Assembly (NCBI GenBank): GCA_016926735.1
Contig: JAFGOA010000145.1
Coordinates: forward strand, 1-38,537
Direction of reading: 5' to 3'
Length of the DNA: 38,537 bases
Origin: Promethearchaeota archaeon
GTDB lineage: Archaea; Asgardarchaeota; Lokiarchaeia; Sigyniarchaeales; SOKP01
Shown here piece by piece: positions 1 through 9,470 of this stretch (the first letter of the stretch is position 1; every line of letters starts with the position of its first letter). The position numbers were made by a program, and so were the translations under genes. The notes under the pieces were generated by a model. It was given only the letters and a program-made list of their open reading frames with translations, was not told the DNA's origin and did not search any database.

Positions 1-41
1 AATTTTTTTTTTTTTTTTTTAATCAGTAAATACAAAAAAAA

Positions 42-1814
42 ATGATGTATAAAATGAAAATCAAAAATACTCAAATTCTAATTCTATTATTTTTAAGTTT
101 ATCAGGAATAGGAATTTTGTCTATTAATCTAATGCAAAAATACAACATAGCTGATAAAAATTTAAATACTATAGAATTTAATTCCATAGATTATAACAAT
201 ATTACAATAATTTCAGATGGATATAATGGAACTATTTGGAACAATCAAAATAGTTATTACCCTGCGAGTGTAATTGATACACAGGGAAATATTCATGTTG
301 TATGGCAAGATCACACAGATGGGTTATGGGGAACTGATGAAGAAATAATGTATGCAAATTATACAGAAGTAAATGGATGGTCAAATGCAACCGTGATTTC
401 AGATGGATATCAAGGGTTTTATTGGAATGATGATTATTCTTGGGAGCCAGATATTTATGTAGATATCAACGGAACAATTCATGTTGTATGGTATGATGAT
501 ACAGATGGAGTTTGGGGGTCTAATGAAGTAATAATGTATGTCTCAAATAATGGAACTGGGTGGTCAAATGTAACTATAATTTCAGAAGGATATCAAGGGT
601 TTTATTGGAATGATGCCCTCAATCACGAGCCATGCATTACAGGTGATGCAGATGGTAATTTATATGTATTATGGACATATGCAGATGTGGAAGCATTACC
701 TCAAGTTCTAGCACTGATGTGTGCTAATTATACTAAACCATATGGATGGTCAAATGTTTCTATAGTTGATGATGATACTTTCCCAACTCAACAAAAAGTT
801 GCAGTTGATAATAATGGAATCCTTCATGCAGTTTGGATGTCATATCCCCCAGGATTATTGTTTTCAATATCTTATGCAAATTATTCTCAAGAAAATGGTT
901 GGTCAAATAGTATTATCATTTCTAGCGATTTTGATGACCATAGCCGTTATCCTGATATTGCAATTGATTCGGATAATAATATTCATGTGGTATGGGCTGA
1001 TGAAACAGATGGAATTTGGGGTACAGACATGGAAATCATTTATATAAAACATATAGAAGGTATAGGATGGTCAGATGCAATGGTTATCTCTGACGGATAT
1101 AACGGAGTCTATGATAATACAGGAGATAGCATAATTCCTTCTATTTCAGTCGATACCAGAGGAACTGTACATGTTGTATGGGAGGATGATACAGAGGGGA
1201 TATGGGGAGGAGGACCCTCTGATAGCGAAATTATGTATGCAGATTATAATGAGGGGTATAGTTGGTCAAAACCAATAGTTATCTCTGATGGATATAATGG
1301 AAACTATTGGAATGATAAAGAAAGTAGTTATACTGTGATTTCAACTGATTTAAACAATACCGTTCATATTATATGGCAGGATAGTACAGAGGGTATTTGG
1401 GGTGTAGATAAAGAAATAATGTATAAAAAATTACTCCCAGATAAAGCACCACCTATTTTAGACCTCTCTTCAGACTTTTCATATAGAGAAGGAGAAACAG
1501 GTAATTTTATTTATTGGCAAGCAAATGATATGCATCCAGCTATATATTCAATTTCAAGAAATGGATCTAATATCGAATCTGATTTTTGGAGAAATATGGA
1601 ATTGAATTCAATAAATATTGATGGACTAACTGCTGGTCTTTATATATATAGATTTAATATTTCTGATCAATTTGGATATTATAATATTGACACAATAACA
1701 ATTACTGTTTTAACCAAACCTACTTCAACTATACCATTTAGCAATTCATGGATATTTATCAGTATCATCAGTTTAATAGGGATAGCTATTTATGTAAAAA
1801 AGAAAAAATTATAA
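42..1814 (+). CDS. Secreted, C-terminally anchored surface protein: seven-repeat beta-propeller-like region, Ig-like domain and TM/basic tail sorting signal
   Basis: N-terminal hydrophobic signal/anchor; seven ~50-65 aa repeats of the form ISDGYxGxxWN...IHVVWxDxTxGxWGxDxEIMY...GWSN; ~90 aa beta-rich domain (DKAPPIL...DTITITV); C-terminus IPFSNSW + hydrophobic helix + KKKKL; many NxS/T sequons. Confidence 0.75.
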   Translation: MMYKMKIKNTQILILLFLSLSGIGILSINLMQKYNIADKNLNTIEFNSIDYNNITIISDGYNGTIWNNQNSYYPASVIDTQGNIHVVWQDHTDGLWGTDEEIMYANYTEVNGWSNATVISDGYQGFYWNDDYSWEPDIYVDINGTIHVVWYDDTDGVWGSNEVIMYVSNNGTGWSNVTIISEGYQGFYWNDALNHEPCITGDADGNLYVLWTYADVEALPQVLALMCANYTKPYGWSNVSIVDDDTFPTQQKVAVDNNGILHAVWMSYPPGLLFSISYANYSQENGWSNSIIISSDFDDHSRYPDIAIDSDNNIHVVWADETDGIWGTDMEIIYIKHIEGIGWSDAMVISDGYNGVYDNTGDSIIPSISVDTRGTVHVVWEDDTEGIWGGGPSDSEIMYADYNEGYSWSKPIVISDGYNGNYWNDKESSYTVISTDLNNTVHIIWQDSTEGIWGVDKEIMYKKLLPDKAPPILDLSSDFSYREGETGNFIYWQANDMHPAIYSISRNGSNIESDFWRNMELNSINIDGLTAGLYIYRFNISDQFGYYNIDTITITVLTKPTSTIPFSNSWIFISIISLIGIAIYVKKKKL

Positions 1815-1829
1815 TTTTTTTTTATTTTT

Positions 1830-2783
1830 TTAAGGAATTTTAAAATTAGTAAATAAAATTTGTTCATCTAACACAAAATTTGTAAAAGTATCCTCAATTT
1901 CTTCTGTTATATAAAGGCTTCTTATAATTTTACCATAATCTTCAATTTTTTTTGTTCTTATTATTGCAAATAATCCAAATTCAGAACCTATACGATATAA
2001 ATCAGTAATTTCAGGCTTCTTTTCTAATTTTAATGCGATTTCATTATATTTAGAAGGATTTTTTGGCTTAATCCAAGTAATAAATTTACCCATAAATCCA
2101 ATTTTTTTTGGATTAAATTCAAGTGAATAATTTAGTATAATACGTGATTCTTCCAATTTTTTTATTCTATTATATATAGTTGATTGAGATATATCTATTC
2201 CATAATCTTGATACATCCTCTTATTAATATCATAAGTAGAGATTAATTTCTTATTTTGATTATTTTCTAATATTTCTAAAATAAAATTATCTATCTTATC
2301 AATCTTATATTCAATTAAAGTGTTTTTAGAAAGCCTTATACCATTAGTTTTAAAGATCTTAATTGTCTCTGTGATTTGATATTTTTTAAAATATGAGTTT
2401 GCCATTATGTTATCTATTTGGTTTAAAATCTCATTGAATTCATCCAGAGATTTAAAGATAAAGAGAGCGATAAGAGAATATTCCCCGAATATACCATCTA
2501 GCATTTTTAATTGTGATATCTCCAGTAACTTTTCAATCATTATTGGTTCTTTAGGATTTGTTTTTATTTCTAATAGAACATATTTCAAATTTGGTTCGAT
2601 CATTGGATGAATATTGATTTTAAAAGAATTAATTAATTTTTCCTCTCGGAGTTTGGTTATATTTTGTTGAATCGTTTGTCTTGAGACGTTTAACTTTTCA
2701 GAAATCCTTGAATAATTTGGTTTACGCTGAGAATTAAAGTTTTTAATTAGAGCTAAATCTTTTATTAAATAATTTTTTTGCAT
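1830..2783 (-). CDS. Tandem-duplicated Lrp/AsnC-family transcriptional regulator
   Basis: Two HTH + RAM-like units (ISEKLNVSRQTIQQNITKLREEKLI...; ISQSTIYNRIKKLEESRII...LYRIGSEFGLF); divergent from ahcY. Confidence 0.85.
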   Translation of the reverse strand: MQKNYLIKDLALIKNFNSQRKPNYSRISEKLNVSRQTIQQNITKLREEKLINSFKINIHPMIEPNLKYVLLEIKTNPKEPIMIEKLLEISQLKMLDGIFGEYSLIALFIFKSLDEFNEILNQIDNIMANSYFKKYQITETIKIFKTNGIRLSKNTLIEYKIDKIDNFILEILENNQNKKLISTYDINKRMYQDYGIDISQSTIYNRIKKLEESRIILNYSLEFNPKKIGFMGKFITWIKPKNPSKYNEIALKLEKKPEITDLYRIGSEFGLFAIIRTKKIEDYGKIIRSLYITEEIEDTFTNFVLDEQILFTNFKIP

Positions 2784-2921
2784 GATTTTTGATATATGAT
2801 TTTATAATGGTTAATTGTATGATTTTTTATTGATATTATATGAATTTAATTAAAATTATGTTTAAATTCTAATTAAAATTATCTATAATAATCATTTAAT
2901 AAATATTAGATAAAATCAATT

Positions 2922-4190
2922 ATGGTAAATTTTAAAATCGCGGATGAAAGCTTAGCCTCTAAAGGTGATGAAGCACTATATATTGCTGAAAACAAAATGC
3001 CTGTTACAGCAGGAATTATTCGAAAGCGTTTTGAAGAAGAAAAACCTTTGAAAGGTATAAAAATAGCTGGATGTCTTCATGTTACTAAGGAAACAGCAAA
3101 TCTAGCGTTAACATTACAAGCAGGAGGAGCTGAAGTTTATTTATGTGGTAGTAATCCTTTATCTACTCAAGATGATGTAGCGGCTGCTTTGATAAAAAAA
3201 GGGATTAATGTTTTTGCTTGGCATGGGAATACAGATGAAGAATTTTATTGGTGTATTAGAGAATGTTTAAAAGAAAATCCAAATATACTTATAGATGATG
3301 GAGCAGATATGATTGTTACAGCTCATAAAGACTTTCCAGAGTTAATAGAGAATGGAACAATCATAGCATGTCAAGAAGAAACCACAACAGGAGTAAAAAG
3401 ATTTCAAGCCATGGAAAAACAAGGAAAATTAAAAGTACCTCTTTTTCCTGTGAATGATGCAAGATGTAAAAATCAATTTGATAATGAATTAGGAACTGGA
3501 CAAGGAGTTGTTGCTGCTATTTATGGAATGCATGTTCTATTCGCGGGAAAAAATGTAATCGTGGCAGGATTCGGTCACTGCAGTAGCGGTATGGCATTGA
3601 GAGCTCGTGGTTTAGGAGCAAATGTAATCGTTACCGAAGTGGACCCGATTAAAGCACTCCAAGCAAAATTTGCGGGTTATCAAGTTATGCCTATAGCAGA
3701 TGCTTTACCAATAGCCGATATTATTCTTACCGCAACTGGATGTAAGCACGTGATTGCTCCTACAAAAGAAATGTTTGATAAACTAAAGGATGGTGTAATC
3801 TTAGGTAATTTAGGACACTTTGATATAGAAATTCCAACCAAAGAACTATACGAATATGCTAAAGAGATAACGCCTATTCGATCTGATGTAGAAGAACTAC
3901 TAATGCCTAATGGAAAGAAGGTATATCTACTTGCAAAAGGACGTTTAGCCAACCTGGTCTTATCTGAAGGCCATCCCGCTGAGGTAATGGATATGTCTTT
4001 TGGTCTTCAATCCCTGATGTCGGAATACATCGTTAAAAACAAAGAATCATTTAAACCAGGGATGATAAATATTCCTGTGAAAATTGATGATCAAGTAGGC
4101 TTCCTGAAACTTCAATCAATGGGAGTTAAAATTGATACTCTAACGGAAGAACAATATAACTATATTCATGGATTTGAAGAAGGAACATAA
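2922..4190 (+). CDS. ahcY: Adenosylhomocysteinase (SAH hydrolase)
   Basis: Family motifs GCLHVTKETA, SNPLSTQDDVAAAL, IDDGAD, EETTTGV, FDNxxGTGQ, VTEVDP, GRLANL, GHPAEVMDMSF. Confidence 0.97.
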   Translation: MVNFKIADESLASKGDEALYIAENKMPVTAGIIRKRFEEEKPLKGIKIAGCLHVTKETANLALTLQAGGAEVYLCGSNPLSTQDDVAAALIKKGINVFAWHGNTDEEFYWCIRECLKENPNILIDDGADMIVTAHKDFPELIENGTIIACQEETTTGVKRFQAMEKQGKLKVPLFPVNDARCKNQFDNELGTGQGVVAAIYGMHVLFAGKNVIVAGFGHCSSGMALRARGLGANVIVTEVDPIKALQAKFAGYQVMPIADALPIADIILTATGCKHVIAPTKEMFDKLKDGVILGNLGHFDIEIPTKELYEYAKEITPIRSDVEELLMPNGKKVYLLAKGRLANLVLSEGHPAEVMDMSFGLQSLMSEYIVKNKESFKPGMINIPVKIDDQVGFLKLQSMGVKIDTLTEEQYNYIHGFEEGT

Positions 4191-4269
4191 TTAATTCTTT
4201 CTTATTATTTTCTTTTTTTTTAATAATTTAAAATTATTCTATATTTTCATTATTTTTTGAAAATATATT

Positions 4270-5007
4270 CTATTGTTCAGAATCTTCAATTAATTCAATA
4301 TTTCTATATCTATCTTTTACTTCAGAAAGGTCTACAGTAATTATTGTATGACCTTTATGGTTTAGTTCAAATTGTTTAATAACTTTTTGATTTTCAGGAT
4401 CATTAAGATGAAGAAATACATATTCACTACATTTAATACATGCTCGAACCCTTCCTCTATGAAGATTAACATTTTTTGTTGCTGATTTTCTATGTTGTAG
4501 ATTTTCTAATTGGTTTTTTATTAATTCAATTTCTTTATTCTGTTCCTCAATTATTTTTTCTTTATCCTGTATCAATTGATTTTTAGAAGAGATAATCTTT
4601 TCTTTCTCAATATTGATTGATTCAAATTCTTTTATTTTTGTTTCTAATTCCAATATTGTAGTATTTATACTTTCCTGAGATCTGATTTGAGTGGATAATA
4701 TTGCGAGTTCTTCTTTTATTTTATCCGATTCTTCTTCTTTAGCATTAATTATACTATTTAATTCTTTTATCTTATTATCAGTAGCAATAATGAGAGATTT
4801 TAATTCTATATTCTCTTTTTTTATATTTTCAACTTCTTCAAATTCTTCTTTAGTTAAGGTTTTTTTTTTATTTAATTCATTTTTTACTTTTTCAAGTTCT
4901 TCATTCTTAGAATTTAATAATTCTTTGGTTTGAGTCAGTTGTTCTTTCAATTTTTCAACTTCTTGTCTAAATTCCATATTAGCATTTAATAATTTATCAA
5001 TTGACAT
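4270..5007 (-). CDS. Long coiled-coil protein with C-terminal putative Zn-binding domain (CxxC...HxxH)
   Basis: ~170 aa E/K/N-rich heptad region followed by RACIKC...FELNHKGHT. Confidence 0.65.
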   Translation of the reverse strand: MSIDKLLNANMEFRQEVEKLKEQLTQTKELLNSKNEELEKVKNELNKKKTLTKEEFEEVENIKKENIELKSLIIATDNKIKELNSIINAKEEESDKIKEELAILSTQIRSQESINTTILELETKIKEFESINIEKEKIISSKNQLIQDKEKIIEEQNKEIELIKNQLENLQHRKSATKNVNLHRGRVRACIKCSEYVFLHLNDPENQKVIKQFELNHKGHTIITVDLSEVKDRYRNIELIEDSEQ

Positions 5008-5152
5008 AATAATTCACATCTCAACTTTTTTTTAACCTTTTATATTTACCATTAGATACCTTTCTTATATTTTTTTTCTTAATGATATATTTTTTAAATT
5101 CCACATAGATCAAGAAAAAATAATCTTAAAAATTTATATTAATATTATCCAG

Positions 5153-5986
5153 TTGTCAAAAATAATGAAAAAATCACTCGAAGAAACTGCTGATGAAATT
5201 ATTAGTAAAAATATTAAAAATATAGAATTAATTAGTTATTTCAAGAGATCAACTAAGGAGATACCCGTTTTTCTAAGTATTATAAATAGAAATTATGCTG
5301 AAATACGTCCTCTTTTAAATACAGGCTTAATTAAAGATATGGAACCTGTAAAGAGTTATATTTTTAATATTGACAAATATGAAAATTTTCTATATAGTAA
5401 ATATCAAGAAAAAATAGATTTACTTAAGGAAGAAATTAGGAGAAAAAAAAAAAAGAAAATTGAATTAACAGAAATGACTGAGAAAATGACTCCTGATTTT
5501 GGTTCCGAAGATTATGATGAAAAATTAAAAATATGTCTTGATTTTGCAAAAGACGCTGTTTTAAAACTTGATAATATAGAACAAGAGAAAGAATTATCAA
5601 ATAACGACATCGGTAAGCTCCAAATAGAGATGCAAAATGATCCTTATTATTCATTACTCATTTTCATTAGAAGTGATAAAGAAATTATTTTTAACGAAAG
5701 AACTGAAGATAATAATGATAGAGGTTATAAAAAGATCTTACAATACATCAAGAAATCTGCTCAAGATAAAAGTATTAATATATTAAATGAACTAAAAAAA
5801 AAGAATATTTTTAAACGGTTTTCCCCAGCAAAGAACTATTATATAACTCCATTAGGTATAGTTGTTGATAATAAACTTAAAATATTAAAATGGGAAGAAA
5901 ATGAAAATTATAACAAAAACGAAGCTGAAGAAATTCAAGATAAAGAATTTAATGATTTAAAAAAGTTTTATGATTTTGGAAAATAA
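5153..5986 (+). CDS. Hypothetical protein, helical/coiled-coil, possible C-terminal winged helix
   Basis: 277 aa open frame; the segment ILNELKKKNIFKR...YYITPLG resembles a wHTH wing; start uncertain (TTG). Confidence 0.55.
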   Translation: MSKIMKKSLEETADEIISKNIKNIELISYFKRSTKEIPVFLSIINRNYAEIRPLLNTGLIKDMEPVKSYIFNIDKYENFLYSKYQEKIDLLKEEIRRKKKKKIELTEMTEKMTPDFGSEDYDEKLKICLDFAKDAVLKLDNIEQEKELSNNDIGKLQIEMQNDPYYSLLIFIRSDKEIIFNERTEDNNDRGYKKILQYIKKSAQDKSINILNELKKKNIFKRFSPAKNYYITPLGIVVDNKLKILKWEENENYNKNEAEEIQDKEFNDLKKFYDFGK

Positions 5987-5999
5987 ATACAATTTATAA

Positions 6000-7025
6000 T
6001 TATTGTGGATATAGTATTTTTTCAGCAGTTATCTCTTTTCCATAGATTTCATCAGCTAACTCTGATAATCCTTCAAATCCAATAGGTTCTCTTCCTAATT
6101 TTTGTGATTCCCATATGATAAAATTTTGAAATTCTTCAGTTATTTGTTTGATATACTTTAATTGAATATCCCTTTGTTTTTCACAAAAAAAACAATTTTT
6201 AGCAGAATCTTTTGGTGTTAACATATTTATATGAATTCCATCAAGTTTAATGTATTTTTTTGTAAGGATGTGAGCTCTTCTAACTTCCTCATAACTTGGC
6301 TTTTCTGCAATGGTAACTAAACGTAGTGAACCAATGTCATGAATTAATTTTGTCACTCTTTCACCTCGATGTTCTATCTCACGTATCATTTCTATTATTT
6401 CATCACCTAAATCATTTCTATTATTATTATCAGAAAGAGGATTAATTAAATTTCCGAGTATATTTGAAAAATTATTTATTGTTTTTCTAATAGAATTCAA
6501 GAAATTTAGAGTATATTTTACTATACCTTTAATTTGATCTTCAGGAATTTCAAAAAGAGCTATCATATTTCCTGTTGGTGGAAAGTCTGCGATTATAATA
6601 TCAAATTGAATATTATGATTTAAATCTTCAGCATCAAGTATCTTCTGGAAAAACATAGCATTCTTCAATGCTAATGGGATAGAATCAGCATTAAATGCCG
6701 AGTTAATAAAAGTATCTATTTGCGGAATTAATCCAAATAACGGTATTTGTTTAGAAAATGATTTCATTTTCTTTAACAGATTATGAGTATAATCTTCAGC
6801 ATAGATATTTGGATCGGGTTCTATTCCCCATAAATTACTATTAAGTTGTGTAATCTTATTACCTATTTCTTTTTGAAATAAATCTGTTAAATTATGAGCG
6901 ATATCAAAAGATATAATTAAGATTTTTTTATCTGGAGCTAACATTGATAGTTTAACCGCTGATGCAGCACATATACTACTCTTTCCAACTCCTCCTTTCC
7001 CACCTAATATGATTATACGTTCCAT
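6000..7025 (-). CDS. ArsA/Get3 (TRC40)-family ATPase, single domain
   Basis: Deviant Walker A GGKGGVGKSS, switch I DIAHNL, switch II DFPPTGN, late CxxC (CFFC), EPIGFEGL. Confidence 0.88.
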   Translation of the reverse strand: MERIIILGGKGGVGKSSICAASAVKLSMLAPDKKILIISFDIAHNLTDLFQKEIGNKITQLNSNLWGIEPDPNIYAEDYTHNLLKKMKSFSKQIPLFGLIPQIDTFINSAFNADSIPLALKNAMFFQKILDAEDLNHNIQFDIIIADFPPTGNMIALFEIPEDQIKGIVKYTLNFLNSIRKTINNFSNILGNLINPLSDNNNRNDLGDEIIEMIREIEHRGERVTKLIHDIGSLRLVTIAEKPSYEEVRRAHILTKKYIKLDGIHINMLTPKDSAKNCFFCEKQRDIQLKYIKQITEEFQNFIIWESQKLGREPIGFEGLSELADEIYGKEITAEKILYPQ

Positions 7026-7664
7026 TTTATTCAGATTTAGAGATAAAAAAATTATTTAATTCTGTAATGAATAAATTATAAATTAATAAAAAATTGATGA
7101 ATTGAATTTTAACTATTGGATAACTAAAAATATTGATATAATACGATTTATAATTTTATTACATTATTTTAGAAAAATTAATATCTTTATATTAAATCCA
7201 TAATGATTATCATTTTTATACAAGAAAACAGAAATTCTTTCAGTATTAGTCTCAAATTTGATTTTAATGATATTTTTCGGATACTCTTTTAGGAACTTAT
7301 CTAAAAACATCCAATTCCAATAACTCATATTTTTATCGTTGTATAATAAATAATAAAAGACAATCTGATGTAGATATTATGTCTCATATATTAAAAATGA
7401 TTTTTCTTTTTATCCTAATAAAAAAAAGCAATTTTTCTTTATACAAAAAAGAAATTCAATACAGATTTATTTTTTAATACCGAAAAAATTTTATTTTTAA
7501 AAGTATTTTTATTATTAACTATCAAAATTAAAGATTTATTAAATTTATTAGATTTAAAATAGATTCATATTAAAAAAAATTCAAGATTATTACATAAGAT
7601 AATTAATCAGATTTTTTGTTTATTTTAATAAAATAGAAGTAAATTTATTAATTGTTATTAGGAA

Positions 7665-8886
7665 GTGATCAAGATTACCAATAATGATTTTACTACAAAA
7701 TATATAATAGAAGCAGAATTTAATGTTAAAGGTATAGTAGAAAAAAGTGATATTGTAGGTGCTATCTTTGGACAAAGATAAAAAAGCATCTTTTTTAATC
7801 GTTTAAACAGAAGGCCTCCTTTTAGATTTAGATTTAAGAGATCTTCAAAAATCCGGAAGAATAGGACGTATTGATGTTGAAAATATTTCAGAAGAAGGAA
7901 ACTCAAAAGGTATTATTCACATCCCTTCATCCTTAACTAGAAAGGAGACTGCCTTATTAGCAGCTACAGTTGAAACTGTTTCAAGAGTTGGCCCATGTGA
8001 AGCAAACTTTATACTTAACAGTATAAAGGATGTTCGAGAAACAAAAAGAGCGAAAATCATTGAAAGAGCTGCAGAATTATTAAAAGAATGGGATCAAGAA
8101 TCTTTAGAAGCCAGTGAGATTGAGGAAAAAATAGATACAGATATTAAATTAGGAGAAATCATAGCTTGGGGCCCAGATAATTTACCCGCAGGTCCAGATA
8201 TAGATTCAGATTCTGAAATAATTATTGTAGAGGGTCGAGCAGACGTACTTAATTTATTGAGAATAGGTGTAAAAAACACAGTTGCAGTTCAAGGAACAAG
8301 CGTTCCGAAATCAATTATCAATTTAACACATAAAAAAGAAACTGTTATAGCATTCCTCGATGGGGATAGAGGTGGTACTTTAATACTTAAAGAATTATTA
8401 CAAATAGCTAAAATAGATTATGTCGTTAGAGCTCCTGAAGGATATGAAGTAGAGGAATTAACTAGAAAACAAATGATTAAAATTCTACAAAACAAAAAAC
8501 CAGCAAAACTAGATTTTTTTTCTGAAGAAGAATCCGTAAAAAAAGAGAATATAGATAATTTTACTGGAAAAGAAAAGGTTTTATTCAGATTTTTAAAAAA
8601 GTTAAAAATTAAAAAGAAAGAATTTGTAATGGATCAAATTAGAGAGATTGGAACTGGAATGACTATAGGTCTTGATCAAGATCTAAATAAACTATTTGAA
8701 CTTCCTGTTAGTGAGCTATTTGATAATATAAATCAATTTAAAGATTCTAAAATCCTTATAATTGATGGTATTTTAACAAGTCGCCTTCTTTCACAATTAA
8801 TGCGTATTAATATAAAGATGATAGCATGTAAAAATAAAGAAGAAGACCTTAAAATCTCAGATAAGATTCTTGTATATTATTTTTAA
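7665..8886 (+). CDS. dnaG: Archaeal DnaG (TOPRIM-containing, exosome-associated), split: join(7665..7775,7807..8886), ~396 aa
   Basis: Exon 1 (GTG 7665, start tentative) ...TKYIIEAEFNVKGIVEKSDIVGAIFGQ; exon 2 TEGLLLDLDLRDLQKSGRIGRIDVE...RVGPCEA...LPAGP...IIVEGRADVLNLL...FLDGDRGG...EVEELT. Exon 2 is stop-free from 7807 and in frame with the 8257..8886 ORF of the track. Confidence 0.93.
7776..7806 (+). other. Candidate 31-nt bulge-helix-bulge-type intron in dnaG mRNA
   Basis: AGATAAAAAAGCATCTTTTTTAATCGTTTAA sits between the Gln and Thr codons of GQ|TEG. Central helix GGAC(7770-73)/GTTT(7801-04), AAA bulges at 7774-76 and 7805-07, inner hairpin 7777-7800. Cutting after the 2nd base of each bulge restores the frame exactly. 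Confidence 0.8.
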
Positions 8887-9095
8887 TTTTATTATTTTCA
8901 TACTTTTTATCTCTTTATAATTTTTTCAAGAAATAATTATCTAAGAGTAGAATTAGCATAATTGAAGACCATATTATAATTCACAAATAATCTGATATAT
9001 TAAATACATTATTCTAATTCGAAATAACATTGAATAGGAAAATTAAGAAGAAAATACTTTCTATTTTTGACCTCAATCATAATGAATAGGTTCAA

Positions 9096-9335
9096 TTAAC
9101 CCATAGTAGTTTCAAGAACTAATTGAATGACAAAACTTATTACTCCTAATAAAACCATGCCTATTATAACTATTTTAAATACACTAAAATAATCTTTTCT
9201 GTTAGGTTTATTTGCAGTTTTAAGGATCCTTTTAACATTCATAAAGAAATTTACTAATCGATTGTATAAAGTTAGTTTTTTATCTTTACTGTATCTCGAT
9301 CCATAATTTTCATATTTAGGATATTTAGATGACAC
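9096..9335 (-). CDS. secE: Protein translocase subunit SecE/Sec61-gamma
   Basis: RILKTANKPNRKDY motif followed by one C-terminal TM helix (IVIIGMVLLGVISFVIQLV); downstream of ftsY. Confidence 0.9.
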   Translation of the reverse strand: MSSKYPKYENYGSRYSKDKKLTLYNRLVNFFMNVKRILKTANKPNRKDYFSVFKIVIIGMVLLGVISFVIQLVLETTMG

Positions 9336-9470
9336 AATTAAATTAAAAATCTCTATTTAAAAAAGTTATCTATTGGAGTTAGAATTCTAAAAAATGCTTT
9401 TTTAGGAAAGATATTAGCATTAATTATCACTTTTATTTTTTTTAAAAAATGAATTATTATTGATTAAAAA

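Noticed and set aside
1-41. Poly-T/poly-A runs at the window start
   Set aside because: Could be a terminator or a low-quality contig end; not interpretable without upstream sequence.
7026-7664. 640-nt AT-rich gap as a replication origin or ncRNA; it also holds a ~54-codon minus-strand ORF (MSYWNWMFLDK...)
   Set aside because: No ORB-like repeats, no adjacent cdc6 and no GC-rich stems; the small ORF has no supporting motif.
7776-7806. Reading the dnaG break as a homopolymer error, programmed frameshift or pseudogene
   Set aside because: It is a 31-nt structured insert, not a 1-nt indel. A frameshift would add ~10 residues inside an invariant motif, and no other lesion is seen in the gene. 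An assembly artefact is not fully excluded without reads.
8257-8886. ORF-track call of a 209-aa protein starting at TTG 8257
   Set aside because: It begins mid-TOPRIM; the frame is open back to 7807 and the DnaG N-terminus lies further upstream in another frame.
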